DNA of 35,750 bases from Pseudobdellovibrionaceae bacterium (GTDB taxonomy: Bacteria; Bdellovibrionota; Bdellovibrionia; Bdellovibrionales; Bdellovibrionaceae). The notes under the pieces are model-generated. The model was not told where the DNA came from. It worked only from the letters and a program-made list of their open reading frames with translations, and did no database searches. The stretch covers positions 1 to 35,750 of the forward strand of contig JBDHWW010000032.1 in the NCBI GenBank assembly GCA_039810425.1, read 5' to 3'. Each line of letters begins with the position of its first letter. The stretch's first letter is position 1. The position numbers and the translations under genes were made by a program. Below, one piece after another: positions 9,203 through 17,573 of this stretch.

Positions 9203-9382
9203 TTACTTGGTTTCTCTGTGTACGGTGTGACGTTGCAAATTGGGGTTGTACTTCTTCTTTTCCATACGACCTGGAGTCTTTTGTTTGTTCTTAGTCGTAG
9301 TGTAGCGAGAAACAGGCTTACCTTCAGCGCGAGCTTCAGTGCACTCAAGAGTAACGATGATTCTTCCAGACTTTTTTGCCAT
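9203..9382 (-). CDS. rpmG: 50S ribosomal protein L33 (Zn-free C- type)
   Basis: [16 protein letters not shown]...[37 protein letters not shown]; only one Cys. Confidence 0.95.
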   Translation of the reverse strand: MAKKSGRIIVTLECTEARAEGKPVSRYTTTKNKQKTPGRMEKKKYNPNLQRHTVHRETK

Positions 9383-9482
9383 GATACTTCTCCGTAAATT
9401 AGTAACGCCCTTCAGGCGCCACTGTCTCAAATCGTGGGGCGATGCGGCATCTTAAGATCGCAATACCCTTTCAAAGGGGCCC

Positions 9483-9511
9483 AAGGTAACAAAAGACCTT
9501 GTAAGATTCAA
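9483..9511 (-). promoter_or_regulatory. sigma70-type promoter for rpmG-dcd
   Basis: TTGAAT-N17-TACCTT with an extended -10 TG; implies a leader of about 95 nt. Confidence 0.5.
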
Positions 9512-9559
9512 CAGCCAAAATGATTATTTGCAGGTAAAAGTCCAACGAAGGAGACACCG

Positions 9560-10423
9560 GTGAACGCATTCATGCTTTTTGGAGTCCTTGTTATGAGCTT
9601 TCTGACGGTCCGGGCCCAGGGGGTTCCTCTCCGAGATGGCCGCCAGCCGCAAAACTTAGTCGACCTCCAGCAGGTGGCATCCCAAGTCCGCCCAGGAACT
9701 ATCATTGTTATGGGTGAAAATCACGGCTTTAAGACTGCCCAGCAGGGGCAAATAGAATTGATGCAGGCTTTGCGCATGCAGGGCCTGAAGGTTTCAGCAG
9801 GCCTTGAGTTTTTCTATTTTTCAGACCAGGACCTTGTGGACTCCTACCGGACCGGGAGCCTTTCGGAAGGTGATTTTTTGCAAAAAATCCAATGGGGCAG
9901 CCCGAGTTACGATTTTTACCGCGATCAGGCTTTGTTTCCTCGTTATGAGTTCGGCGAGCGCACTCTTGCGCTCAATGCGCCTCGCTCGTTGACCGGCAGA
10001 ATCTCCAAAGTGGGGATTGCGGGGCTGACTCCCGAGGAGTTGCAATTGTTACCGCCGAACTTTCAGTTGGGGCGGGCGTCTTATAAAGAGCGTTTTCTTG
10101 CGATGATGCCTCATTTGCCGAATCCTGAGGCCGGCGAGCGTTACTTCGAAGCGCAAAGCACTTGGGATGATACGATGGCGTGGAAAGCGGCGGAGTATAT
10201 CAAAGCTCATCCGGACCAAGTGCTCGTCATTACGGTGGGTGATTTTCATGCTATGTATGGCGGCGGACTGCCGGATCGAATGACCGCCCGGACACAGCAG
10301 AAGCCACTCGTGTTTTCCTATGTGAATGTTCGCGGGATGACGACAGACGAGGTGGAACAAGAGCTCAACCCGTCTAGTGTTTACGGCCCAAGAGCTGATT
10401 ATATCTGGGTCACTGAAGAATAG
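9560..10423 (+). CDS. ChaN-family (haem/iron-uptake-related, TIKI/EreA fold) exported protein
   Basis: IVMGENH, GLEFF, ALNAPR, AQSTWDDTMA and VGDFHAMYGGGLP motifs; AAGGAG RBS before GTG; Sec signal with no lipobox Cys. Confidence 0.85.
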   Translation: MNAFMLFGVLVMSFLTVRAQGVPLRDGRQPQNLVDLQQVASQVRPGTIIVMGENHGFKTAQQGQIELMQALRMQGLKVSAGLEFFYFSDQDLVDSYRTGSLSEGDFLQKIQWGSPSYDFYRDQALFPRYEFGERTLALNAPRSLTGRISKVGIAGLTPEELQLLPPNFQLGRASYKERFLAMMPHLPNPEAGERYFEAQSTWDDTMAWKAAEYIKAHPDQVLVITVGDFHAMYGGGLPDRMTARTQQKPLVFSYVNVRGMTTDEVEQELNPSSVYGPRADYIWVTEE

Positions 10424-10471
10424 GTCTAACTTAGGTCGAGACGCTAAAGACCTGCTTGTGTAGCCCCGGGA

Positions 10472-10502
10472 AACTTTCTTACACTAAGAGAGTAGGAAAG
10501 TT
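10472..10502. promoter_or_regulatory. 11-bp imperfect inverted repeat over the putative -10 and abutting the RBS of the CheY-like gene
   Basis: AACTTTCTTAC-N9-GTAGGAAAGTT, followed directly by AGGAG. Confidence 0.4.
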
Positions 10503-10513
10503 AGGAGCTTGCT

Positions 10514-10921
10514 ATGTTCCCTTTGGACACAAGAATCTTGGTCATTGATGATATGCCTTCGATCCGGGATTTGGTGAAGAACCAACTCAAGGGCATGGGC
10601 TTCAAAAATATTCAGGAAGCAAGCGATGGCGAAGAAGCGCTTCGCCTGCTGATTCAGCTGAATACGCCAAATAACAGTATCCAACTCGTCATTTCCGACT
10701 GGAATATGCCAAACATGAAGGGCATCGATTTGTTGAAGCACATTCGGGCCCAAGCGGAGTGGGCGAATTTGCCATTCGTGCTTTTAACGTCTGAAGCTGA
10801 ACGTGATCAGGTGACGGAAGCGGTTCTGGCCGGCGCCTCTCAGTACATCGTGAAACCTTTCTCCGCCAAGATCTTCGAAGACAAATTGAAGACGGCTTTC
10901 CAGAAACACAACAAAGCGTAG
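10514..10921 (+). CDS. CheY-like single-domain response regulator
   Basis: VIDD, SDWNMP (phospho-Asp), LTS and YIVKPF motifs; AGGAG RBS. Confidence 0.92.
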   Translation: MFPLDTRILVIDDMPSIRDLVKNQLKGMGFKNIQEASDGEEALRLLIQLNTPNNSIQLVISDWNMPNMKGIDLLKHIRAQAEWANLPFVLLTSEAERDQVTEAVLAGASQYIVKPFSAKIFEDKLKTAFQKHNKA

Positions 10922-10930
10922 TTTGGCGGG

Positions 10931-12865
10931 TTAGGCGGCTTTTTTTATCGGTGCCTTTGTCAGGTAAGGCACTTCGACAATGAGAGTATGGCCTTTGCCG
11001 AGTTCAGATTCGACCCAGGCCTTACCACCCAAGGCGGTGGCTTCGTATCTGATCGCATCCATACCGACACCGCGGCCGGAAGTCTCTGTGACTTGTTCTT
11101 TGGTTGAGAACTGGGAGTCAAAGATATGCTGAATGACCTCTTGGTCAGATTCACCCACTGTCTTGATACCTTGACCCGCAAGCTTCGCGCGAATCTTTGC
11201 TGGATCCACACCGCCGCCGTCGTCTTTGAGCGAAATTCTCAAAGTGGGCGTTGGGAGGTCTTGGCGAGAGAACGACACGATGATTTCGCCTCCCTCGGAT
11301 TTGCCGAGCTTGTGGCGCACATCCGGCGGCTCGATACCATGGTCCACGGAGTTTCTAAACGCGTGTACGAAAGTTGCAAACAAAGGTCCGTAGATCTCTG
11401 GCACGATGGGAATCATGGCGTTTTTAAACTCGATATTGCGGATCATTTTATTTTCTTTTTCAGCGACGCGGAAAGCGACTTCCTTGTAAGGCTCAAAGAA
11501 GTTCTTAATGGGCTCAAAGAGCAAGTGGGCCAGGGCATTTTCGGCGAGGGCTTTTGCCTGTGGAATGGTTTGCAGGTTCTCAAGAAGCGTATTGAGTTCC
11601 GTGGCTGAAATCTCGAGCAAGCGTTCCTGAGACAGGATCGAAGTGCCAAGAATGTCTTTTGTTTCATTCAGGAAAGCGTTGAACTGCAGTTCAACGGCTT
11701 GGCATTGGCTTTTGAGCTTGTCGGCACTTTCCTGCGTTTGAGCCTCATTATAGTTGGCCAAACGAGTCTCGGCATTATGGCAGGCCTCGGCCATTGTGTG
11801 GACGGAGAAAAGCGCCGCGCCACCTTTCAAGGTGTGCAACGAGCGGAAGATCACCTCTGGATCCCATTGAAGTTGTGGTTTATTAATGGCGCCCCTGAGT
11901 TCTGTCAGCATTACTTGGGACTCGCGGATGAAGCGACTCATTTCGTTTTTGCTGCGGATCATGTTGATGATCAATTTCGCATGATGCTTTTCGTTTTCAG
12001 CCTGTTTGCGGGCCTCAACGAGGGAAGTGATATCTGAGGCCACGACCACAACGCCTTCGATTTGGTTTTCGGCATTGCGAAGCGGGAAGTACTCCAGTGA
12101 AATACTGCGTCCCTTGCTGTGCGGGAACTCCGCGGGACCTAGAGGAGCTAGGTCCTCAAAAGGCAGGAGCTCTGAGAAGCATGTCATCATCCATTTTTTG
12201 AAGCCATCGATTTTCCCTGTGCCGAGTTTCAAGACATCCCAAATCATGCGGCCAGAAGGGTATGACTCCACCGTGTGTTCGCAAGCCTTGGAAGACACTT
12301 CCAGGCAGAGGCCGTTTTTGTCAAAGACGAAGAAGCCTTGGCTCAAACTATCAAGCAACGCTTTCATCAAGCGGTTCAAGCTTGAAATTTGTTGCGTGCG
12401 TTCCTCGACCATTTTTTCGAGGTTTTTAGAGTACTTTTCAAGTTCGGCACGGGCTTTTTGCAAGTCGAGGATGACATCTTCTTTTTGCTCAAGCTCGGCG
12501 CGGTATTTTTTCTGCAGGCGCTCTTCCAACGTCACGTCTCGAACGAAGAGGATCCAATGCTGGTCGCCTTGCTCGTTTTGAATCGGTTGAATTGTCACCT
12601 GAACTTTGCCTTTTTGGCCACCCGGTGTTTCGAAGTTCACTTCTTTATAAGGCGTTGGGTCTTTGACACTCGTCAGATTGGCGAGACCGTCGATCTCGTC
12701 GCTGAAAGTAAAAAGATCCTTGAACGGGACCCCGCGGCTGATTTTGCGCACGGACATCTCGCAGATGATCGCGGCGGGTTCGTTGCAATAGACGACTTTA
12801 CCCTCAGCGCTAAGGATGAATGTCGGTTCAAGCAATGTATCAAATAACGGGTAGTGCGCCTTCAT
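10931..12865 (-). CDS. CheA-like soluble histidine kinase: PAS-coiled coil-PAS-HPt-HATPase, no CheW (P5) domain
   Basis: PAS ends FVRDVT and ASDIT; HPt FRSLHTLKGGA; CheA-type N box HAFRNSVDHGIE, G1 DDGGGVD and FSTKEQVTETSGRGVGMD; protein ends immediately after the HATPase. Confidence 0.88.
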   Translation of the reverse strand: MKAHYPLFDTLLEPTFILSAEGKVVYCNEPAAIICEMSVRKISRGVPFKDLFTFSDEIDGLANLTSVKDPTPYKEVNFETPGGQKGKVQVTIQPIQNEQGDQHWILFVRDVTLEERLQKKYRAELEQKEDVILDLQKARAELEKYSKNLEKMVEERTQQISSLNRLMKALLDSLSQGFFVFDKNGLCLEVSSKACEHTVESYPSGRMIWDVLKLGTGKIDGFKKWMMTCFSELLPFEDLAPLGPAEFPHSKGRSISLEYFPLRNAENQIEGVVVVASDITSLVEARKQAENEKHHAKLIINMIRSKNEMSRFIRESQVMLTELRGAINKPQLQWDPEVIFRSLHTLKGGAALFSVHTMAEACHNAETRLANYNEAQTQESADKLKSQCQAVELQFNAFLNETKDILGTSILSQERLLEISATELNTLLENLQTIPQAKALAENALAHLLFEPIKNFFEPYKEVAFRVAEKENKMIRNIEFKNAMIPIVPEIYGPLFATFVHAFRNSVDHGIEPPDVRHKLGKSEGGEIIVSFSRQDLPTPTLRISLKDDGGGVDPAKIRAKLAGQGIKTVGESDQEVIQHIFDSQFSTKEQVTETSGRGVGMDAIRYEATALGGKAWVESELGKGHTLIVEVPYLTKAPIKKAA

Positions 12866-15009
12866 TAGAACCCGTCATTTCTTTGGTGGATGAACATAAA
12901 CTGCCTTGCTGACCAATCACTGTTGAGGCTCTCATCTTGATGAACCGCCCTGACACGCCAGTAAATCGCGCCATAAGGGATCCTCTCTTTCACGAGGAAG
13001 CGCGTCGCGGTCATTTCTTTGGAAATGACCGTATTTGAGAAGTCCGCTTGCGGCGAAACTTCCAGAATGTACTTCGTCGCATCCGGTACGGAGCCCCACT
13101 CAAGCCAAATGAATGGCTCCATGTCCTTTTGCAAGAAAATGGTTGTCTTATCGTAGGGCTCAATCAGGTCCGGGCCTTTGAGCGTGCGTTTAAAGACGTA
13201 GTCGACAGTTTGAACGTTTGAGAAGTCGCTTATATCTTGGTTGGACTCGTTCACGGCTTTCACGCGAACGAAGTACTTGCCAGGCTCAGGCAGGCGGACC
13301 GCGCTCTCGGTGGCAGGAACTTCGGTCTGTGTTGGATTGGCGAACTCTTCAGACGTGTCCATTTGAACAAGGTAAGTTTTTGCTTCGGGAATCGGCGACC
13401 ACGTCGCCCGCGATTCTTTTTCCGGAGGGGTCGCGTGAACGTCGTTGCTCTTCACCACGACGGACGGAATTGCCTTCAGCGCCGGCGCATCGCCATAGAC
13501 TTCGAGCGTGCCCGTCTCGCTGGCGTCACTCAATTGGCCAAGAGCGGTTTTCGTAAAGACGCGGAAATAGTATTTACCCGGCTTGTGCTGCGTCCAAACG
13601 GCTTTTGTGTTTGAAGTTTCCGCTGCCACAGACCCGGCAAACTTGGCATTCTTGGCGATTTCCCAGCGGTAATTTTTCGCGGCATCAACACTTGTCCAAG
13701 CCACTTCGGGCGCCGTGGTCGCGGAAGGAGCGCGGTCCTCGGCAAGTTTTGGCATTTGGAAATGAATACGCTTTTCCACCAAGCGCGGTGCCGGTGGTTT
13801 TTCTTCATTTGTGACTTCAAAGTTAAACGCATGAATCTGTGACCATGGAGACAGGTGGTTGTCTTTGTCAATGCCGCGAACACGCGTATAGTAGGTGCCC
13901 TGAGAGAGAGCCGGAGTCTCAATCGTTTTTGCCGCCAAAGTCTTTTCAACGACGTTTTCGGTGAACTCCGAAGTTTTGCTGAGCTGCCATTGATAACGAA
14001 GGGGGCGTTCGTCCGCTGTCCAAGTGATTTGCGTGCTGGATTGCACGCCGCCGCCTTTGTCATAGACTTTGTTTTTCAGAGTGACATTATCCTCTGGTGT
14101 CGTGATCGCCGGAGGTAACATATAACTGAGATAGAACTTTTGCACAACCGACGTTGTGATTTCTTTACCGCGGTTGTCGAGGCCTTTGACCCGCCAGAAG
14201 TAGGTGCCTTCATTTAAGGAGTCTTTCACCGCGAATTTCTGCTCAGGAGTCGTTCGCAAGGCCAGGACCTTCTTAAAGTCCTCGGTCTTTGCAATCTCGA
14301 TTTGGTATTGGTTCAAAAGACCCTTGCCTTCCCAGGCAAAGGGCAACGGTTGTTTGTCGGCCGCACGATACATGAGGGAATCGTCTTTGGTCAGCAGCGT
14401 GATCTTGGCGTCGGTTGGCGCTCTCTCGGCGCCTTTTTTAGAGATTTCCAGAGACTCGTCGGACTTCAAAGTCTGTTTGCCGGCTCTGCCGGAGATCTCG
14501 GCGTTTCCAGAAAGGACTTTGATGCCCAAGTTGCCGGATTGGGAGCGATTGATTTCAAACTTCGCGTTTTTACCCTCGATCGTATACTCCTCGTCACCGG
14601 TCTTCACTTGAATCTTCGAGCTGCCGTTACCGACGAATTGACCAAAGCGCAGATCCAACTGCATTTGACCGTTCTTTAGATTCAAATTCACCAGGGAGTT
14701 TTCTTGGATTTGGATGAGTGAGCCGTCGTTCAATTGGACCGCTGCCTGCGAGCCATCCCCAGTGAAGATGCTGTCGCGGTTATAAATTTGGTCTTTCTTG
14801 TTTCCCGGAAGCCAAACGAAGTTGCCGTTGTTTTTACGGCGGACATCATTCGCGGAAGTGGAGATCACGCCGATGGCAGGTTCATTGTTAGTCTCCGGCG
14901 GGAATAGGAACGAGTCATCGTACAACAAATACGATAGTAATAAGAGGATCACTGCGGACCCGCTTAAAATCACTCTGTCAGTTGTCGAAAACCGTTTAAA
15001 TACAATCAT
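12865..15009 (-). CDS. single-pass membrane protein with FecR domain and five FN3-like repeats
   Basis: N-terminal TM; FecR signature DSIFTGDGSQAAVQLNDGSLIQIQENS...VLSGNAEI; five W..Y.....F...G.Y..RV repeats; TAATG stop/start overlap with the kinase. Confidence 0.85.
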   Translation of the reverse strand: MIVFKRFSTTDRVILSGSAVILLLLSYLLYDDSFLFPPETNNEPAIGVISTSANDVRRKNNGNFVWLPGNKKDQIYNRDSIFTGDGSQAAVQLNDGSLIQIQENSLVNLNLKNGQMQLDLRFGQFVGNGSSKIQVKTGDEEYTIEGKNAKFEINRSQSGNLGIKVLSGNAEISGRAGKQTLKSDESLEISKKGAERAPTDAKITLLTKDDSLMYRAADKQPLPFAWEGKGLLNQYQIEIAKTEDFKKVLALRTTPEQKFAVKDSLNEGTYFWRVKGLDNRGKEITTSVVQKFYLSYMLPPAITTPEDNVTLKNKVYDKGGGVQSSTQITWTADERPLRYQWQLSKTSEFTENVVEKTLAAKTIETPALSQGTYYTRVRGIDKDNHLSPWSQIHAFNFEVTNEEKPPAPRLVEKRIHFQMPKLAEDRAPSATTAPEVAWTSVDAAKNYRWEIAKNAKFAGSVAAETSNTKAVWTQHKPGKYYFRVFTKTALGQLSDASETGTLEVYGDAPALKAIPSVVVKSNDVHATPPEKESRATWSPIPEAKTYLVQMDTSEEFANPTQTEVPATESAVRLPEPGKYFVRVKAVNESNQDISDFSNVQTVDYVFKRTLKGPDLIEPYDKTTIFLQKDMEPFIWLEWGSVPDATKYILEVSPQADFSNTVISKEMTATRFLVKERIPYGAIYWRVRAVHQDESLNSDWSARQFMFIHQRNDGF

Positions 15010-15018
15010 CCACTAGTC

Positions 15019-15046
15019 ATATCGGCTACTTGGATGAAAAAAATTA
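15019..15046 (-). promoter_or_regulatory. putative sigma28 (FliA) promoter for the FecR-FN3/kinase operon
   Basis: -10 GCCGATAT (15026-15019), 7/8 match to GCCGATAA; TAAT lies 16 nt upstream. Confidence 0.5.
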
Positions 15047-15114
15047 TGGACTTTTGACCAAGATACAAAACCTAGACCTACACAGGGTAGATTTGGTGGG
15101 GCATACTCATATTG

Positions 15115-16953
15115 GTGAAAAAGTCTGGCATATCAATAAGATATAAAATTCTGTTGTTACTGACGTTAATTCCGCTGCTAACGTTGTCCATCTATCTATT
15201 CTTAGCTGTGCAAATCTTCGAAAACGACAAGGTTGCCTACGTTTTCGACTCTTCGAGCAACGTCTCAGGGGCCATGGCTTCACAGGTAAAGGCCCAACTA
15301 AACTCACTTTTGAATGAAGCCAGGCCAATATTTCAAGACTATTTGACAAATGGTGAGTTTACTTCGCAAACCAATCTGATTTTCGCCAACGACTTTAGTC
15401 TGGAGTCCGTTGTCGCCTTCAAATACAATGTGGACGCGAAAAAATACGAGAAAGCCAATCTCGCGGAAAAAACCGCCAGGTCGACCGACGGGATTTTACT
15501 CGGTCTTGAGAAATTGCTGCCGGGATATTTTGCCGAACTTGAGCAAGCAAGCCGGATCGTGAAGGCCCCGTACCACGATGATCGTTTGTTTATTTTCGAA
15601 AAAGTAAAAGGCGCGAATGAAAATCAGAGCACCGTATTCATGATGATCGCGCGCCTTTCGGAAGTGGCGGAGATGTTCAAAACTCAGTCTTCACAAAGAC
15701 TGTTTCTGGCGTCTCAGGATGGAACGGTTTTGTTTGGCCCTGAGGGAACGGTTGGAACTCTGTTGCAGGCAAGCTTCCCACTCCGCCTTTTGGACAATAA
15801 AGATAGCAAAGTGGCTCAGGGGGCGGAGACTGTTAAAGACAGCGGTGGTACTGAATGGCTTGTTTCTTATTCACGCGCGGGCTTTGGCGACCTGTTGGTG
15901 ATCTCCACCGTGGAAAAGAAAAAAGCTCTTGGGGCGGTTGAGATCCTGATTCGCAAATCTTTGATCTTCTTCGGGATCCTGCTCGCCGCAACAGCAATTA
16001 TCAGTTTACTCGCCTCAAGCACCATCACGAGCGCGTTAACTTCTTTGTTCCAGGCGACCAAAAAAGTATCTGAAGGCGATTTTAATATCCGCGTGGAAGT
16101 AAAATCAACGGATGAGGTGGGCGCACTGGCTGATAACTTTAATTTGATGGCGGCCGAAGTTTCGCGTTTGCTCGAGGAGACGGCGCAAAAAGCGCGCATG
16201 GAGTCCGAGCTGCAAACCGCTAAGACCGTGCAGGAGACTCTGTTCCCAGAAACAGAAGCTAAAATCGGCCCGCTTTCAATTTCTGGTTTTTACGAACCGG
16301 CCAGTGAATGCGGCGGTGACTGGTGGCACTATTGTCAGGTCGATAAAAAGATCTTTTTGTGGATTGGGGATGCGACGGGGCACGGAGCGCCGGCGGCGCT
16401 TATTACAAGTGCGGCGAAATCCGCTTCCACCATTATTGAAAGGCTGAATATCTCTCCGGCGCAGGCGCTGGAGCTTCTGAACCGCTCTATTTATGATGTA
16501 TCCAAAGGGCGTATCATGATGACCTTTTTCTTGGCTTCTTTTGATCCTGAGACCTCCGAGTTGACATACGCCAATGCGTCTCATGAGGCGCCATTCTTGA
16601 TCAAAAAGGGCGGCAGCGCGCTTAAGAAAAAGGATTTAATTCCTTTGAATGAAGTGAATAATCCACGTTTGGGTCAAAATCGTGAGACAAAGTATAAGCA
16701 AACGACCGTTACGCTAGAGCCCGAAGATATGGTATTCTTCTATACTGACGGTATTCCTGATATTCAAAATGGGGCAAAGATGAGTTGGGGCGAACGGGAC
16801 TTTATTAAAGCCCTGATCAATGCCAACAAGGACTATCCAACAGCCAACGAGTCCGTGGCGCGTCTTGCTCAAATGATGCAGGACCATCGTCAAGGGCAGG
16901 CGCTCATTGATGACGTTACATTTTTTGTAGTCAAAAATGATCCGAGCGTTTAA
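15115..16953 (+). CDS. membrane SpoIIE/RsbU-family PP2C phosphatase (TM-Cache-like-TM-HAMP-PP2C)
   Basis: Two TM segments; HAMP DEVGALADNFNLM; PP2C ECGGDWW, IGDATGHG, FYTDGI and DDVT. Start is GTG 15115 or TTG 15112. Confidence 0.92.
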   Translation: MKKSGISIRYKILLLLTLIPLLTLSIYLFLAVQIFENDKVAYVFDSSSNVSGAMASQVKAQLNSLLNEARPIFQDYLTNGEFTSQTNLIFANDFSLESVVAFKYNVDAKKYEKANLAEKTARSTDGILLGLEKLLPGYFAELEQASRIVKAPYHDDRLFIFEKVKGANENQSTVFMMIARLSEVAEMFKTQSSQRLFLASQDGTVLFGPEGTVGTLLQASFPLRLLDNKDSKVAQGAETVKDSGGTEWLVSYSRAGFGDLLVISTVEKKKALGAVEILIRKSLIFFGILLAATAIISLLASSTITSALTSLFQATKKVSEGDFNIRVEVKSTDEVGALADNFNLMAAEVSRLLEETAQKARMESELQTAKTVQETLFPETEAKIGPLSISGFYEPASECGGDWWHYCQVDKKIFLWIGDATGHGAPAALITSAAKSASTIIERLNISPAQALELLNRSIYDVSKGRIMMTFFLASFDPETSELTYANASHEAPFLIKKGGSALKKKDLIPLNEVNNPRLGQNRETKYKQTTVTLEPEDMVFFYTDGIPDIQNGAKMSWGERDFIKALINANKDYPTANESVARLAQMMQDHRQGQALIDDVTFFVVKNDPSV

Positions 16954-16989
16954 ATTCATAAGCCATAGTAGTAGGGCAAGGAGTGCATC

Positions 16990-17460
16990 GTGGGAAAATT
17001 TGATGTTCAAATGAACAAAGCGGGCGACAAACTCAATGTCGTCTTGGGCGGATCTATTGATGAAGATGCGGACTTCACCCAGTTGAGCCTTGCCGGTGCC
17101 GGCCAAATTGAAATTCAAATGGGAAGTTTGAAGAGCATCAACTCTTGCGGTATCCGTGAGTGGATCAAGTGGATGAGCACGGCTCCTGCGGCGTCGATCA
17201 CATTTAAAGAGTGCCCAAAGGTGATCGTGGATCAAATCAATATGGTTGATGGGTTCTTGCCCTCAAATGCGAAAGTTCAGTCTTTCTTTGTGCCGTATTA
17301 CAATGACGAGTCCGGCTCAGAAAAGAACGTCTTGTTTCGTCTTGGAACAGAGTTCACGGACAGCAGCGTGACGCCCCCGCCGACGGTCCAGGACGACGAA
17401 GGTAACGCGATGGAAATGGATGTCATCGAATCCAAGTATTTTAAGTTTATCAAGAAGTAG
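16990..17460 (+). CDS. STAS-like (anti-anti-sigma fold) protein with C-terminal extension
   Basis: LGGSIDEDA, SINSCGIREW (equivalent to the STAS 'IDSSG' phospho-Ser motif) and ECPKVIVDQINMV; AAGGAG RBS. Confidence 0.75.
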   Translation: MGKFDVQMNKAGDKLNVVLGGSIDEDADFTQLSLAGAGQIEIQMGSLKSINSCGIREWIKWMSTAPAASITFKECPKVIVDQINMVDGFLPSNAKVQSFFVPYYNDESGSEKNVLFRLGTEFTDSSVTPPPTVQDDEGNAMEMDVIESKYFKFIKK

Positions 17461-17538
17461 CCGGGATCAGGGCGGGCCCAAGGTCGTGTTTTTGCTTCCC
17501 CGCCAAAGTTTAAGGTCCAGATCGGGCCTTAACTCCGT

Positions 17539-17565
17539 TAAATTCCAAGCATTTTCTACCGAGAA
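17539..17565 (+). promoter_or_regulatory. putative sigma28 (FliA) promoter for the REC-TPR regulator
   Basis: TAAA-N15-ACCGAGAA with canonical spacing; preceded by a 9-bp inverted repeat TTAAGGTCC/GGGCCTTAA (17510-17532). Confidence 0.5.
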
Positions 17566-17573
17566 GGATTTAC

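Noticed and set aside
10913..10946. Possible intrinsic terminator (T-run after the cheY-like gene)
   Set aside because: No convincing GC stem; the T-run is the reverse complement of Lys codons at the kinase C-terminus.
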